Source: a virus
Taxonomy: Duplodnaviria > Caudoviricetes
IMG/VR virus record: IMGVR_UViG_3300017647_000148
Location: 1 to 42,433 of that record
Length of the DNA: 42,433 nt
Reading direction: 5' to 3' (one strand)
Shown here in pieces: positions 24,774 through 33,366 of this stretch. A program made the position numbers and the translations under genes. Numbering within the stretch: the first letter of the stretch is position 1; each line of letters starts with the position of its first letter. The notes beneath the pieces were generated by a model, which saw only the letters and a program-made list of their open reading frames with translations, was not told where the DNA came from and ran no database searches.

Positions 24774-25040
24774 ATGGAGCAGGAAGTTATCCCGGTGCAG
24801 TCGTTCGACCACGGCGGCACCCGTCGGCGGGGCGAGGCGTTTCTCGTCTCGCGGAAAGTGGCCGAGCAGCTGCGCCGCAACGGCCTGGTGGTCTTCGGGC
24901 GGGAGGCTGATCCCAGCGTCCCTTCGCCGGCCGCTGGCAAACCGTCGTCTGCCTCGCCAGCGGCCCCAGCCTCACGCCGGCAGACTGCGCGGCGGTCCGC
25001 GCCTGGCGCGAAGGGGGGCCAGGGCGAGGCGTCTTCGTAA
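24774..25040 (+). CDS. Small capsid-associated protein with Ser/Pro/Ala-rich tail
   Basis: MEQEVIP...GEAF...AEQLRRNGLV, then a low-complexity tail; directly after the capsid gene. Confidence 0.65.
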   Translation: MEQEVIPVQSFDHGGTRRRGEAFLVSRKVAEQLRRNGLVVFGREADPSVPSPAAGKPSSASPAAPASRRQTARRSAPGAKGGQGEASS

Positions 25041-25474
25041 CAAACTCGACGTTCCTGGCCGCGCCCTGGGCAGATGTGCTCTATGCGATGGACCGGGACT
25101 GGTGGGGGAAATACGTCGAACAGGCCCGGCGTCAGTTTGCCGGAGAGCTGGTGTGTCCCCTGATGAATTGCCATGGCGTGCGTCACGCCAAATTCGACCA
25201 CGGGTCGAACTCCGGCGCCGGCGCGATATCGCTGGCAGCCCATACGGGCGCCCGGCGCATCGTACTGGTGGGCTACGACTGCCAGCTGACGGGCGGGCGG
25301 TCGCATTGGCATGGCGACCATCCGAAGGGCCTGGGCAACGCCGGCTCGCTGCCGCAGTGGGCCGCCCAGTTTGGCAGTCTTGCGCGGCGGCTACGCGGCA
25401 TCGAGGTCATCAACTGCAGCCGGGAGACGGCGCTGACGTGCTTCCCGCGGGCGGCACTGGAGGACGTTCTGTGA
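24911..25474 (+). CDS. Glycosyltransferase/MptE-like Rossmann-fold protein (N-terminus lacks a start codon)
   Basis: Frame opens after TGA at 24910: TVVCLASGPSL, VTNST, ADVLYAMD, NSGAGAISLA, IVLVGYDC, HWHGDH, VINCS. Confidence 0.7.
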   Translation, partial: SQRPFAGRWQTVVCLASGPSLTPADCAAVRAWREGGPGRGVFVTNSTFLAAPWADVLYAMDRDWWGKYVEQARRQFAGELVCPLMNCHGVRHAKFDHGSNSGAGAISLAAHTGARRIVLVGYDCQLTGGRSHWHGDHPKGLGNAGSLPQWAAQFGSLARRLRGIEVINCSRETALTCFPRAALEDVL

Positions 25475-26370
25475 TCGTGCGAGGCATGCGGGGGCTGGGC
25501 GACAACATCTACCAGCGGGGCTTCGTCAGAAACCTGCAGGGGCCAGTCTGGGTGGATACGCCCTGGCCCGAGTTGTATGCGGACCTGCCCCATGTGCAGT
25601 GCCTCCGTGCCGAAACCCAGCTCCGCACGCAGAAGCGGAACGTGGAGCGCACCAGCTATTCATGGGCGAAGGCGCCAGCCGGGCAGCGCGAGATCCGAGT
25701 CGCCTACGGCCATGCCGACCTGGCGCGAGGCTCGATTGTCGACGCGATGCGCCGCGCGTTCCGGGTGGCGGCGATGTTCGACTTGCCGGATCTTGGGCCA
25801 TCCCCCTTGGCGGCCGGCGCCGAAAGGCGGCCGGTCGCGATTGTCCGCCCAGTGACGGTGCGGTCGGAGTGGCGCAACGAGGCTCGCGCACCGCTGCCGG
25901 CGTATGTGGCAGCGGCCGCGGCCGAGCTGCGCCGCCGGGGCTATCACGTGGTGTCGCTGGCGGACCTGGCACCGGGTCAGGAATGGCTGGTAGGCGAAGC
26001 GCCGCCCGTGGACCTGGCGCTGCACCAGGGCGAGCTGGCGGTGACGCAGCTGCTCGCCGCCGTCGCGCAGGCCGCCGTGGTGGTCGGCGGGGTGGGTTGG
26101 ATCGTTCCGGCCTGCATCGCGGCGGGAACGCCGCTTTACACGATCCTGGGCGGCAACCTCGCCCACAACGCGCCGGACCGCATTACTGATGCCGGCGCCA
26201 TGGACCTGAGCCGGACCGGCTGGGCGTGGCCTGATAGGCCCTGCGTCTGCGCAATGAAGGCCCACAACTGCAATAAGGTGATCAGTGGATTCGATGAGCA
26301 TTTCAGCGCCTGGCTGGACGGACAAGGCCTTTTCGGCCTGGGCGTCGAGCGGCCTGGTCTGGCTGCCTGA
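25471..26370 (+). CDS. GT-B glycosyltransferase (GT9/heptosyltransferase-like)
   Basis: GTGA-coupled start MIVRGMRGLGDNIYQ; LLAAVAQAAVVVGG-x-G C-terminal lobe; terminal Cys cluster. Confidence 0.7.
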   Translation: MIVRGMRGLGDNIYQRGFVRNLQGPVWVDTPWPELYADLPHVQCLRAETQLRTQKRNVERTSYSWAKAPAGQREIRVAYGHADLARGSIVDAMRRAFRVAAMFDLPDLGPSPLAAGAERRPVAIVRPVTVRSEWRNEARAPLPAYVAAAAAELRRRGYHVVSLADLAPGQEWLVGEAPPVDLALHQGELAVTQLLAAVAQAAVVVGGVGWIVPACIAAGTPLYTILGGNLAHNAPDRITDAGAMDLSRTGWAWPDRPCVCAMKAHNCNKVISGFDEHFSAWLDGQGLFGLGVERPGLAA

Positions 26371-26947
26371 GATCGGCATCGGGTACTACCCGGTGCGGCC
26401 GCAGGATATGCCATACGACGATGGCTACTTCGAGCGCTACCAGCGCCAGGCCGACACCGCCATCGGCCGTGCGCTGACCGAGGCGCGTGCAGCTCTGGTC
26501 GCCCGCCACTACGCCGGGTGGCTGCTCGACGTGGGCATTGGTTGCGGGCAGTTCGTCCAGGCGCGCCCGCAGACCTGCGGCTACGACATCAACCCGGCGG
26601 GCGTACGCTGGCTGCGCGAGCGCGGCCTGTACATGGATCTGTACGGGCAGAGCTACCCGGCGCTCACGTTCTGGGACAGCCTGGAGCATATCCCGGATCC
26701 GGCGGCAGCCGTGGCCCGGGCGCGGGAATGGGTGTTTGTGTCGCTGCCCATCTATGAATCGGCCGAGCATGTGCTGCGCAGCAAGCACTTCCGGCGAGAC
26801 GAGCATATCTGGTACCACACCGACGCAGGTCTACGGCGCTGGTTCGAGTTGCAGGGGTTCGCCTGCGTCGAATGCAATGCGGCAGAGACCACCATCGGGC
26901 GCGAGGGTATCGGCAGCTACGCATTCCGGAGAGTGCAATGTCCGTAA
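26294..26947 (+). CDS. Class I SAM-dependent methyltransferase
   Basis: YDDGYF, LLDVGIGCGQF, GYDIN, FWDSLEHIPDP and EHIWY; start uncertain. Confidence 0.85.
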   Translation: MSISAPGWTDKAFSAWASSGLVWLPEIGIGYYPVRPQDMPYDDGYFERYQRQADTAIGRALTEARAALVARHYAGWLLDVGIGCGQFVQARPQTCGYDINPAGVRWLRERGLYMDLYGQSYPALTFWDSLEHIPDPAAAVARAREWVFVSLPIYESAEHVLRSKHFRRDEHIWYHTDAGLRRWFELQGFACVECNAAETTIGREGIGSYAFRRVQCP

Positions 26948-27282
26948 TCGACCTGGAGACCGCCAAGAGCTTTCTGGACGTGATCCATAGCGCGGATGAC
27001 CCGAAGCTGCAGTTGCTGCTCGATGCGGCCGAGGACGAGGCGCTGCAGTACATGGACCGCCCGGATTTCGACGGCCCCTGGAGCCGTAGCACGGGATGCG
27101 AGTCGAACAGCGAGCAGCCCAGCGAGCCGGCCAGCGAAGCGCCGGCGATCCCGAAGAGTGTCGTCCTCGGGGTCATGCTCTTCCTGCAGGCAGCGTACGA
27201 GGCGGGGCCTGACGACATCGAGAAGTACCGCCGGGCCGGCGAGGTGAAGCTGGCCCCTTACCGCCTGTGCTTGGGGGCTTGA
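26938..27282 (+). CDS. Head-tail connector (gp6-like)
   Basis: IDLETAKSFL, DD-x-KL and LAPYR. Confidence 0.85.
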   Translation: MSVIDLETAKSFLDVIHSADDPKLQLLLDAAEDEALQYMDRPDFDGPWSRSTGCESNSEQPSEPASEAPAIPKSVVLGVMLFLQAAYEAGPDDIEKYRRAGEVKLAPYRLCLGA

Positions 27283-27645
27283 ATGCTTGCGTATCGACTG
27301 CGCCATCGCATCGCCTTCCAGCAGCTGGTGACCGAGCAGGACAGCGAGGGGCGCCGGACCGAGGTCTGGCGCAATGTCTGGCTGGATTCGAACACCGAGC
27401 TGGTCGATGTGCCGGCCGAGGTCCTGACGGGCCCAGGGCGGGAGTTCCAGGCGGCCGGGGCCACGCAGGCCGAGACCTCGGCGCGCATCAACCTGCGCTG
27501 GTTTCCCGCCTCCGAGTTCGACATGGCGAAGTGGCGGATCCTGTGGGACGGCCGACAGTACGGCATCGGTTCCATCGAGACTGACAAGACCGGCCGGCGC
27601 GAATGGCGTTTGCGCTGCACGGCCGGACCTTCCGAGGGCAGGTAG
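27283..27645 (+). CDS. Head closure/head-tail adaptor
   Basis: LRHRIAFQ, GREF and RILWDGRQYGI. Confidence 0.85.
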   Translation: MLAYRLRHRIAFQQLVTEQDSEGRRTEVWRNVWLDSNTELVDVPAEVLTGPGREFQAAGATQAETSARINLRWFPASEFDMAKWRILWDGRQYGIGSIETDKTGRREWRLRCTAGPSEGR

Positions 27646-27647
27646 GC

Positions 27648-27821
27648 ATGACTCAAGATGATGAGCGGCTGGCCCGCATAGAGGCAGTCGTGGCTCGCGT
27701 CGAAGCGAAGCTCGACGCCTTGATCGAGGCGCTTGCCGAGGAAGACCCCGACGACAGCCCGGGCGAGAGCCTGGACGGCGAAACCCTGACACAAGACCGC
27801 GATCAGCTGAGCCCGTTATGA
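27648..27821 (+). CDS. Small acidic hypothetical protein
   Basis: LARIE...EAKLDALIEALAEE; stop coupled to the next gene. Confidence 0.6.
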   Translation: MTQDDERLARIEAVVARVEAKLDALIEALAEEDPDDSPGESLDGETLTQDRDQLSPL

Positions 27822-28318
27822 GAGTCGAGATGAACCTGCAGGGCGTGGACGGCGTCCTGAAGACGCTGCAGAGCCTGCCGCCCGAGGTGGTGGCCAAGCG
27901 CGGCGGCCCGGTCAAGTTGGCGCTCGCCAAGGGCGCGCGCATTCTCCGCGACCAGGTCAAGGTCAACCTGCAAGCCGCCATTGCAGCGGACGGTGACAAC
28001 TCCACCGGGTTGCTGCTGGAGAACGTCATCGCCAGCCGCGGCAAGCCGCCCTTCGGCGGCAAAGGGGAACGGTATCTCGTGCGCGTGCGGCGCAAGGCCT
28101 ATCCCAACCGCAAGGCCGAGAAACGTGGTGGCGTTCCCACGGTGCGCAAGAGTGCGGCCCTGTTGGAGTATGGCTCCAGCAAGCAGGTCGCGCGCCCCTC
28201 GATCCGTCCGGCGGTTCGCCAGAAGGGGGCCGAGGTGATTTCGGTGGTGACGAGCGACCTGTTGCGCCGGATCGACCTGGTGGTGACCAAGCTCGCCGCG
28301 CAGAACAAGGGGCGCTGA
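27818..28318 (+). CDS. HK97 gp10-like tail completion protein
   Basis: LEYGSSKQVARPSIRPA. Confidence 0.85.
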   Translation: MRVEMNLQGVDGVLKTLQSLPPEVVAKRGGPVKLALAKGARILRDQVKVNLQAAIAADGDNSTGLLLENVIASRGKPPFGGKGERYLVRVRRKAYPNRKAEKRGGVPTVRKSAALLEYGSSKQVARPSIRPAVRQKGAEVISVVTSDLLRRIDLVVTKLAAQNKGR

Positions 28319-28689
28319 TGTTCGCCGACGTTTACAAGACACTCTCCACGCCGGCCGTCCTGGCGCTGGTGGGCGCCGACCCGCGCATCTTCGGTTCGGA
28401 CAACGCGCCGCAGAACACGCCCACGCCATACATCACGTGGTTCGTGGTGGTGGGGGATCCCCACGTGCAGCTGAGCGGTGCCCCACCTTCGGATGCGGAC
28501 ACTGTCCAGATCGACTGTTACGCCGGCCCAGACGGGGCGGCCGAGGCTCAGGTAGAGCAGCTGGCCCAGGCCGTGCGCGCCGCGCTCGACGATGCTGGGA
28601 TTGTTAACCGAATCATCATCGATACCCGCGAACCCGACACAGGTCTGTATCGAATCGCGCTGCAAGCCGATTTCATTCACAACCGCTAA
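28318..28689 (+). CDS. Tail terminator (DUF3168-like)
   Basis: APQNTPTPYITW, VQIDCYA and EPDTGLYR. Confidence 0.8.
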   Translation: MFADVYKTLSTPAVLALVGADPRIFGSDNAPQNTPTPYITWFVVVGDPHVQLSGAPPSDADTVQIDCYAGPDGAAEAQVEQLAQAVRAALDDAGIVNRIIIDTREPDTGLYRIALQADFIHNR

Positions 28690-28709
28690 CCCCCCTGAAC
28701 TTAGTTTCG

Positions 28710-28738
28710 AGCCCGCCTTCCCGGCGGGCTTTTTTATT
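28710..28738 (+). terminator. Rho-independent terminator
   Basis: AGCCCGCC-TTCCC-GGCGGGCT followed by T-tract. Confidence 0.75.
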
Positions 28739-28748
28739 GGAGCCCGCC

Positions 28749-29231
28749 ATGAGCGTGAAAACCCAAGGCACCCATCTGTTCCTGATCGACCCGACCACCA
28801 GCAATCTGGCGGTGATGAAGATGCAATGCCCGACGGGCATTCAGGGCGTGACGAGCGGCGCCCGTGACCAGATCGACAGCACTTGCCTCGATGCCACCGA
28901 CGACCGCAGCTTTACCGCCGGTCTGGGCAACCCGGGGACCGTGACGGTGCCGTTCATCCTGGACCCGCAAGCGGCCAGCCACCAGGCGCTCTTCGATCTG
29001 AAGGCAACCGGCGACAAAGTGCAGTGGCTGGTGGGTCTTTCCGATGGCACGGGCGTGCCGGATGTCACCAGCGAAGGCGGCTTCGACATCGCCGCCATCG
29101 ACCGCACCACCATCGAGTTCACCGCCTACGTGGCCGACCTGAACATCGATATCGCCACGAACGAGGTGGTGCGGGGGACGCTCACGCTGCAGCGTTCGGG
29201 CGCCTACAAGTTCACTCCGAAGGCGGTGTAA
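28749..29231 (+). CDS. Major tail tube protein
   Basis: KTQGTHL, IDSTCL, GLGNPG and LQRSG. Confidence 0.85.
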   Translation: MSVKTQGTHLFLIDPTTSNLAVMKMQCPTGIQGVTSGARDQIDSTCLDATDDRSFTAGLGNPGTVTVPFILDPQAASHQALFDLKATGDKVQWLVGLSDGTGVPDVTSEGGFDIAAIDRTTIEFTAYVADLNIDIATNEVVRGTLTLQRSGAYKFTPKAV

Positions 29232-29234
29232 GCC

Positions 29235-29857
29235 ATGCTGGACGCCAAGTTCTTCGTCTCCGCCCAGGTCCACGCCCGCGAGGTCAAGCTGCCGGACGGC
29301 AGCACGCACACCTTGCATTTCAAGGAAGTGCCGCATACCGAGTTTCGCCGCTTCAAGCTGGCCGAGGAATCGCGCGACGAGAAGGAACGCTTGCGCTGCG
29401 TGGCGCAGCTCATCGCGGCCAGCCTCTGCACCGAGGCCGGCAAGCCCGTGCTGACCGTCGAGAAGGCCGCGACCCTTTCAACGGCTGGCGCGAACGCGCT
29501 CATGGCCGCGGTGATGAGCGTGAACGCGCCGACCAAGGAAGAAGTCTCGGGAAAGTCGTAGCGGCCCAGGGAGAGGACTACCTATGGCACGTCCTTGCCT
29601 TGGCGCTTGGCGGCCGGACGATTGCCGAGTGGCAGGCCACGATGACGCACGTGGAGTTCCTTGGCTGGGCCGACTTCTTCGAGCGGCATCCGTTTGACGA
29701 CAAGCATCGCTTTCACCGGCCGGCCACCGCCATCGCCGCGAGTATCCAGGGCGGCGCCGACGCCGTCTACGACTGGCTGACCCAGCCGCTCAACGACAAC
29801 TACTCCAACGCCGACCTGAGAACGCTGGCCGCGTTCGGGTTGAAACCACCCAGGTGA
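29235..29857 (+). CDS. Tail assembly chaperones G (29235-29561) and GT via -1 frameshift
   Basis: Lambda-type slippery site G GGA AAG at 29549-29555; -1 frame continues LALALGGRTIAEW to the stop at 29857. Confidence 0.85.
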
Positions 29858-29860
29858 TCC

Positions 29861-32029
29861 ATGGCAACTGCCGGTTCGATTGTCATTGACCTGCTCATGA
29901 AGACGGGCGCCTTCGAGACAGACTCGAAGCGCGCGGAGAAGCGCCTGAAGGAAATGGAGGCGACCGCCAAGAAGTGGGGCGCCACCATTGCGACGGCCAC
30001 CGTCGCGGCCGGCGCCGCCTTCGCGGCCTGGACCGTCAAGATGGCCGAGCAGGGCAAAGAGCTGGACCGGCTTTCCCGCCTGGCGAACACCTCGGCCGAG
30101 ACGTTCCAGGGATTGGCCTATGGTGCTCAGACAGTCGGCATCGAAAACGAGAAGCTCGCCGACATCCTGAAGGACGTGCAGGACCGCGTGGGAGATTTCA
30201 TCACGACGGGCGGCGGCCCGATGAAGGACTTCTTCGAGCAGATCGCGCCGAAGATCGGTGTCACGGCGGAGCAGTTCCGCAACCTGTCCGGTTCCGACGC
30301 GCTGCAGCTCTTCTTCCAGAGCCTGGAGAAGGCCAATCTCTCGCAAAGCGAGATGATCTTCTACATGGAGGCGATGGCCGGCGACGCATCGCTACTCATC
30401 CCGCTGCTGCGCAACAACTCGGCCGAGTTCAACCGTCTGACCAAGGAAGCCCGAGATCTGGGTGCGGTCATGAGCAACGAGACCGTGGCAGCCGCGCGCG
30501 AGATGGACCGCAACCTGGACCGCCTGAGCGCCATGATCAAGGGCGTCAGCGTGCAGTTCGCGAACAGCCTGCTGCCCACCCTGAGTGCGTTCGTCGGCAA
30601 CGCCATCACGGCCGCCACGAAGACCGACGATCTGCGAGATGCGGCCAGTGAGCTCGCAGGAGATAAGGCGCTGCCGGATTGGATCAAGGCGACCGGCGCC
30701 GGCCTCGCGCGGCTGATCGATGTGGCGGTTGGGCTCGCGAAGGCGTTGAACGTAGCGCAGCTGAGCGTGCGATCCGTGGCCTCGGATGTCGAGCTGTGGA
30801 TCGCTTCATCGGCGGTGGACAAATCGGGCATCACCGACCTAATCAACCCGGAGGCCGCCAAGAAGCAACGCGACGAGCTGGCCAAGATGGAGGCTCAACG
30901 CGACGCGCTGGTCGAGCGGGCGAACAAGGCCCTCAGCGATCTATGGACCTACAAGGGCGACGCGTTCTACCAGGCATGGAACGACGCGGTCAACGCTCCG
31001 ACGATGCCTCCGACGACGGTCTATGGGGATTCGCCTGGCGGTCGCGGTGGGCGCGGTGGCGGCGGTGGTGGCTCAAGGAAAACTCAGCTTGACGAGGGGC
31101 AGCGCCTGATCGATCAGATGAACGAGCGCATTGCGCTGATCGGCAAGGAAACCGAGTACGAAAAGCTCTTGGCTCAAATCGCCGTGGGGAGCATCACCTT
31201 TCGTACGCAGGCGCAGCAGGACGAAGCGCTGGCCCAAGCGCAAGTTCTGGATTTTCTAGCCGAGCAGGAAAAGGCGTACGAGGACACTCAGGCACAACTA
31301 CAAAAGCTCACGAAGGTCACCCAAGATTCCTACGAGCGCCTGGGAGAGTTTGGCGTGGAGGCGGCTCGCAACATCCAGGACGCCTTCGGCGACACGCTCT
31401 ACAGCGCGATCACAGGCAACTTCGAAGGGATCGGCACTTCCTTTGCGCAAATGCTGGCCCGAATGGGCGCCGAGCTGGCAGCGTCTGAAGTGGCGCGCTT
31501 TCTGTTGGGGGATTACGGCAAGACCGGCAGCATCGGCGGTCTCTTCGGCAGCCTGTTGGGTAGCTTGTTCCCATCAGTGTCGGGGGTGTCATCCAACTTC
31601 GTGGGCGGCGGGTCCCTGTTGGGCAGTCTGGACGGGCTGAGCCTCTTCGCTAGCGGCGGATACACCGGGGCTGGTGCCAAGCATGACGTGGCCGGCGTGG
31701 TTCATGCTGGCGAGTACGTCATCAACGCCGAATCCACCAAGCGGCTGGGACGGGCCTTCCTGGACCGCCTTAACGGCTATGCCAGCGGGGGATACGTGGG
31801 GTTGCCGCCCCCCGTACCAGAAGGCGGCGGCCTCGCGCCCGTAATCGAATTCGAAACCCATGGTGTCGACATCGAGGTAGCGGAGGCTCGCGATAGGCGA
31901 TACCGATTCATCGCCCGTCAAGAAATCGAGGAGCGTGTCCCGGGCTTGATGGCCCGAGAGCAGGCGCGTCCCAACAGCCAGTTCTCGCGCCAGCAAAGCC
32001 GCAGCACCCTTACTCAGCGTAGACGATGA
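29861..32029 (+). CDS. Tape measure protein
   Basis: 722 aa, Ala-rich and helical; C-terminal FASGGYTG, AGVVHAGEYV. Confidence 0.9.
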   Translation: MATAGSIVIDLLMKTGAFETDSKRAEKRLKEMEATAKKWGATIATATVAAGAAFAAWTVKMAEQGKELDRLSRLANTSAETFQGLAYGAQTVGIENEKLADILKDVQDRVGDFITTGGGPMKDFFEQIAPKIGVTAEQFRNLSGSDALQLFFQSLEKANLSQSEMIFYMEAMAGDASLLIPLLRNNSAEFNRLTKEARDLGAVMSNETVAAAREMDRNLDRLSAMIKGVSVQFANSLLPTLSAFVGNAITAATKTDDLRDAASELAGDKALPDWIKATGAGLARLIDVAVGLAKALNVAQLSVRSVASDVELWIASSAVDKSGITDLINPEAAKKQRDELAKMEAQRDALVERANKALSDLWTYKGDAFYQAWNDAVNAPTMPPTTVYGDSPGGRGGRGGGGGGSRKTQLDEGQRLIDQMNERIALIGKETEYEKLLAQIAVGSITFRTQAQQDEALAQAQVLDFLAEQEKAYEDTQAQLQKLTKVTQDSYERLGEFGVEAARNIQDAFGDTLYSAITGNFEGIGTSFAQMLARMGAELAASEVARFLLGDYGKTGSIGGLFGSLLGSLFPSVSGVSSNFVGGGSLLGSLDGLSLFASGGYTGAGAKHDVAGVVHAGEYVINAESTKRLGRAFLDRLNGYASGGYVGLPPPVPEGGGLAPVIEFETHGVDIEVAEARDRRYRFIARQEIEERVPGLMAREQARPNSQFSRQQSRSTLTQRRR

Positions 32030-32520
32030 ATAAGTCGAAGATTCCATTTTGCCCGACGCAGGCGGGCTACTCGGCGACCTTCGGCGACGGGACGAAGCGC
32101 ATTCAGCTCGACGGCGGCTCGGGTCGGTATCGGGCCGGCGTGCGGGGGAATTCCGACACAGTCGAAGCCACCTGGGTGCTGCGCGGCGAGGATTACTCCG
32201 CGTTCATGGGGTTCGCGCGCAAGAACGAGCGGGAGGGCGGTCAGTCCTTCTACATCGACCTGTCTCTGGATTCTCACGAGATGGTGCAGTACGAGGCCCA
32301 CTTCATCCCGGGCACGCTCAAGCTGGTCAGCCGTCGAGGCGCGGTCTTCACCGTGGCGGCCACCCTGGAGGTCTTGGCGCTCGACGAGTTTGATGGCGGC
32401 GACCTGGACTATTGGGCGACGCTCATCATGCTGCTGGCCATCTACGGCAGCATCCCGGCCGCCCGGGAGATCCTGAATCTGCTCGCCAAGCTGGTCAATG
32501 AGGATTTGCCCCATGGCTGA
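32026..32520 (+). CDS. Distal tail/minor tail protein
   Basis: LDGGSGRYR motif; follows the tape measure gene. Confidence 0.7.
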   Translation: MNKSKIPFCPTQAGYSATFGDGTKRIQLDGGSGRYRAGVRGNSDTVEATWVLRGEDYSAFMGFARKNEREGGQSFYIDLSLDSHEMVQYEAHFIPGTLKLVSRRGAVFTVAATLEVLALDEFDGGDLDYWATLIMLLAIYGSIPAAREILNLLAKLVNEDLPHG

Positions 32521-33022
32521 CGATCCGTACATCGAGTTCTTCTTCGGCGCCGGCCAGGACGTGCCGCAGCTGGAGACGCTGGAGATCCGGCAGGTGAGCT
32601 TCTCGCAAGTCTGGTATCTCCAGTCGCATTACCGCGAGGGCTTCTGGGCTCGCCTGGAGACGGGCGAGCAGGCGTTCTTCATCTATGCGCCCATGGCCAT
32701 GCGTGCCCTGGCGGAGCGCGGCAATCTTGATTTCGGCCTGGCGGTGACCCTGGGTGACCTTGGGGAGATTCTCCCGGACGAGATCCAGCGGGCGCGCGAG
32801 GCCGGCACCTGGCGAAGCAGTCCGCCGCGGGTCACCTACCGGTCGTACCGCGGCGACGATCTGGAGCGACCGATGTTCGGTCCCATCGTTCTGCAGGCCA
32901 GGGAGATCACGCGCAACGATGATGGCGCCCAGTTCAATGCCACCGCGCCTGAGCTGAATGTCAGCAAGACGGGCGAGCTGTATCGGATTGACCGCTTTCC
33001 CATGCTGGCGGGGTTCCTGTGA
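32513..33022 (+). CDS. Minor tail protein (DUF1833-like)
   Basis: LETLEI, YRSY and KTGELY-xxx-RFPML. Confidence 0.7.
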   Translation: MADDPYIEFFFGAGQDVPQLETLEIRQVSFSQVWYLQSHYREGFWARLETGEQAFFIYAPMAMRALAERGNLDFGLAVTLGDLGEILPDEIQRAREAGTWRSSPPRVTYRSYRGDDLERPMFGPIVLQAREITRNDDGAQFNATAPELNVSKTGELYRIDRFPMLAGFL

Positions 33023-33366
33023 GCGCCATCGACGAACTGCTCGGCCGCGAGTACGACCGGCAGTCCAGTAACTGTCTGCATTTCGCCGCCGAGGCTTGGG
33101 AGGTTTTGACCGGCGACAGCCGTCTGCGCCAAGTGCGGGAAGACGATTTCAAGGCGGGGAAGTTGGCAGCGCTCTTTCGCGGTTACCGGCGCGTGCCCGG
33201 CCCAACCGTCACTCCCTCCATCGTGCTGATGCAAACACTGGAGCGCGAGGCGCATATCGCGATTTGCTACCGCCGCCGAATGCTGCATAGCAGCGAGATG
33301 GGGCCGACGAATCTGCCCTTCGATGCCATGGCACCGTTGTATCGGAACATGAGGTTTTACGCATGA
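33019..33366 (+). CDS. NlpC/P60-like tail assembly protein
   Basis: GREYD, NCLHF, HIAI and LH. Confidence 0.7.
   Translation: MSAIDELLGREYDRQSSNCLHFAAEAWEVLTGDSRLRQVREDDFKAGKLAALFRGYRRVPGPTVTPSIVLMQTLEREAHIAICYRRRMLHSSEMGPTNLPFDAMAPLYRNMRFYA

Noticed and set aside
28883-29857. 324-aa ORF as an independent gene
   Set aside because: Only its 3' third is meaningful, as the -1 frame of the tail chaperone; this frameshift is well known from lambda G/GT.
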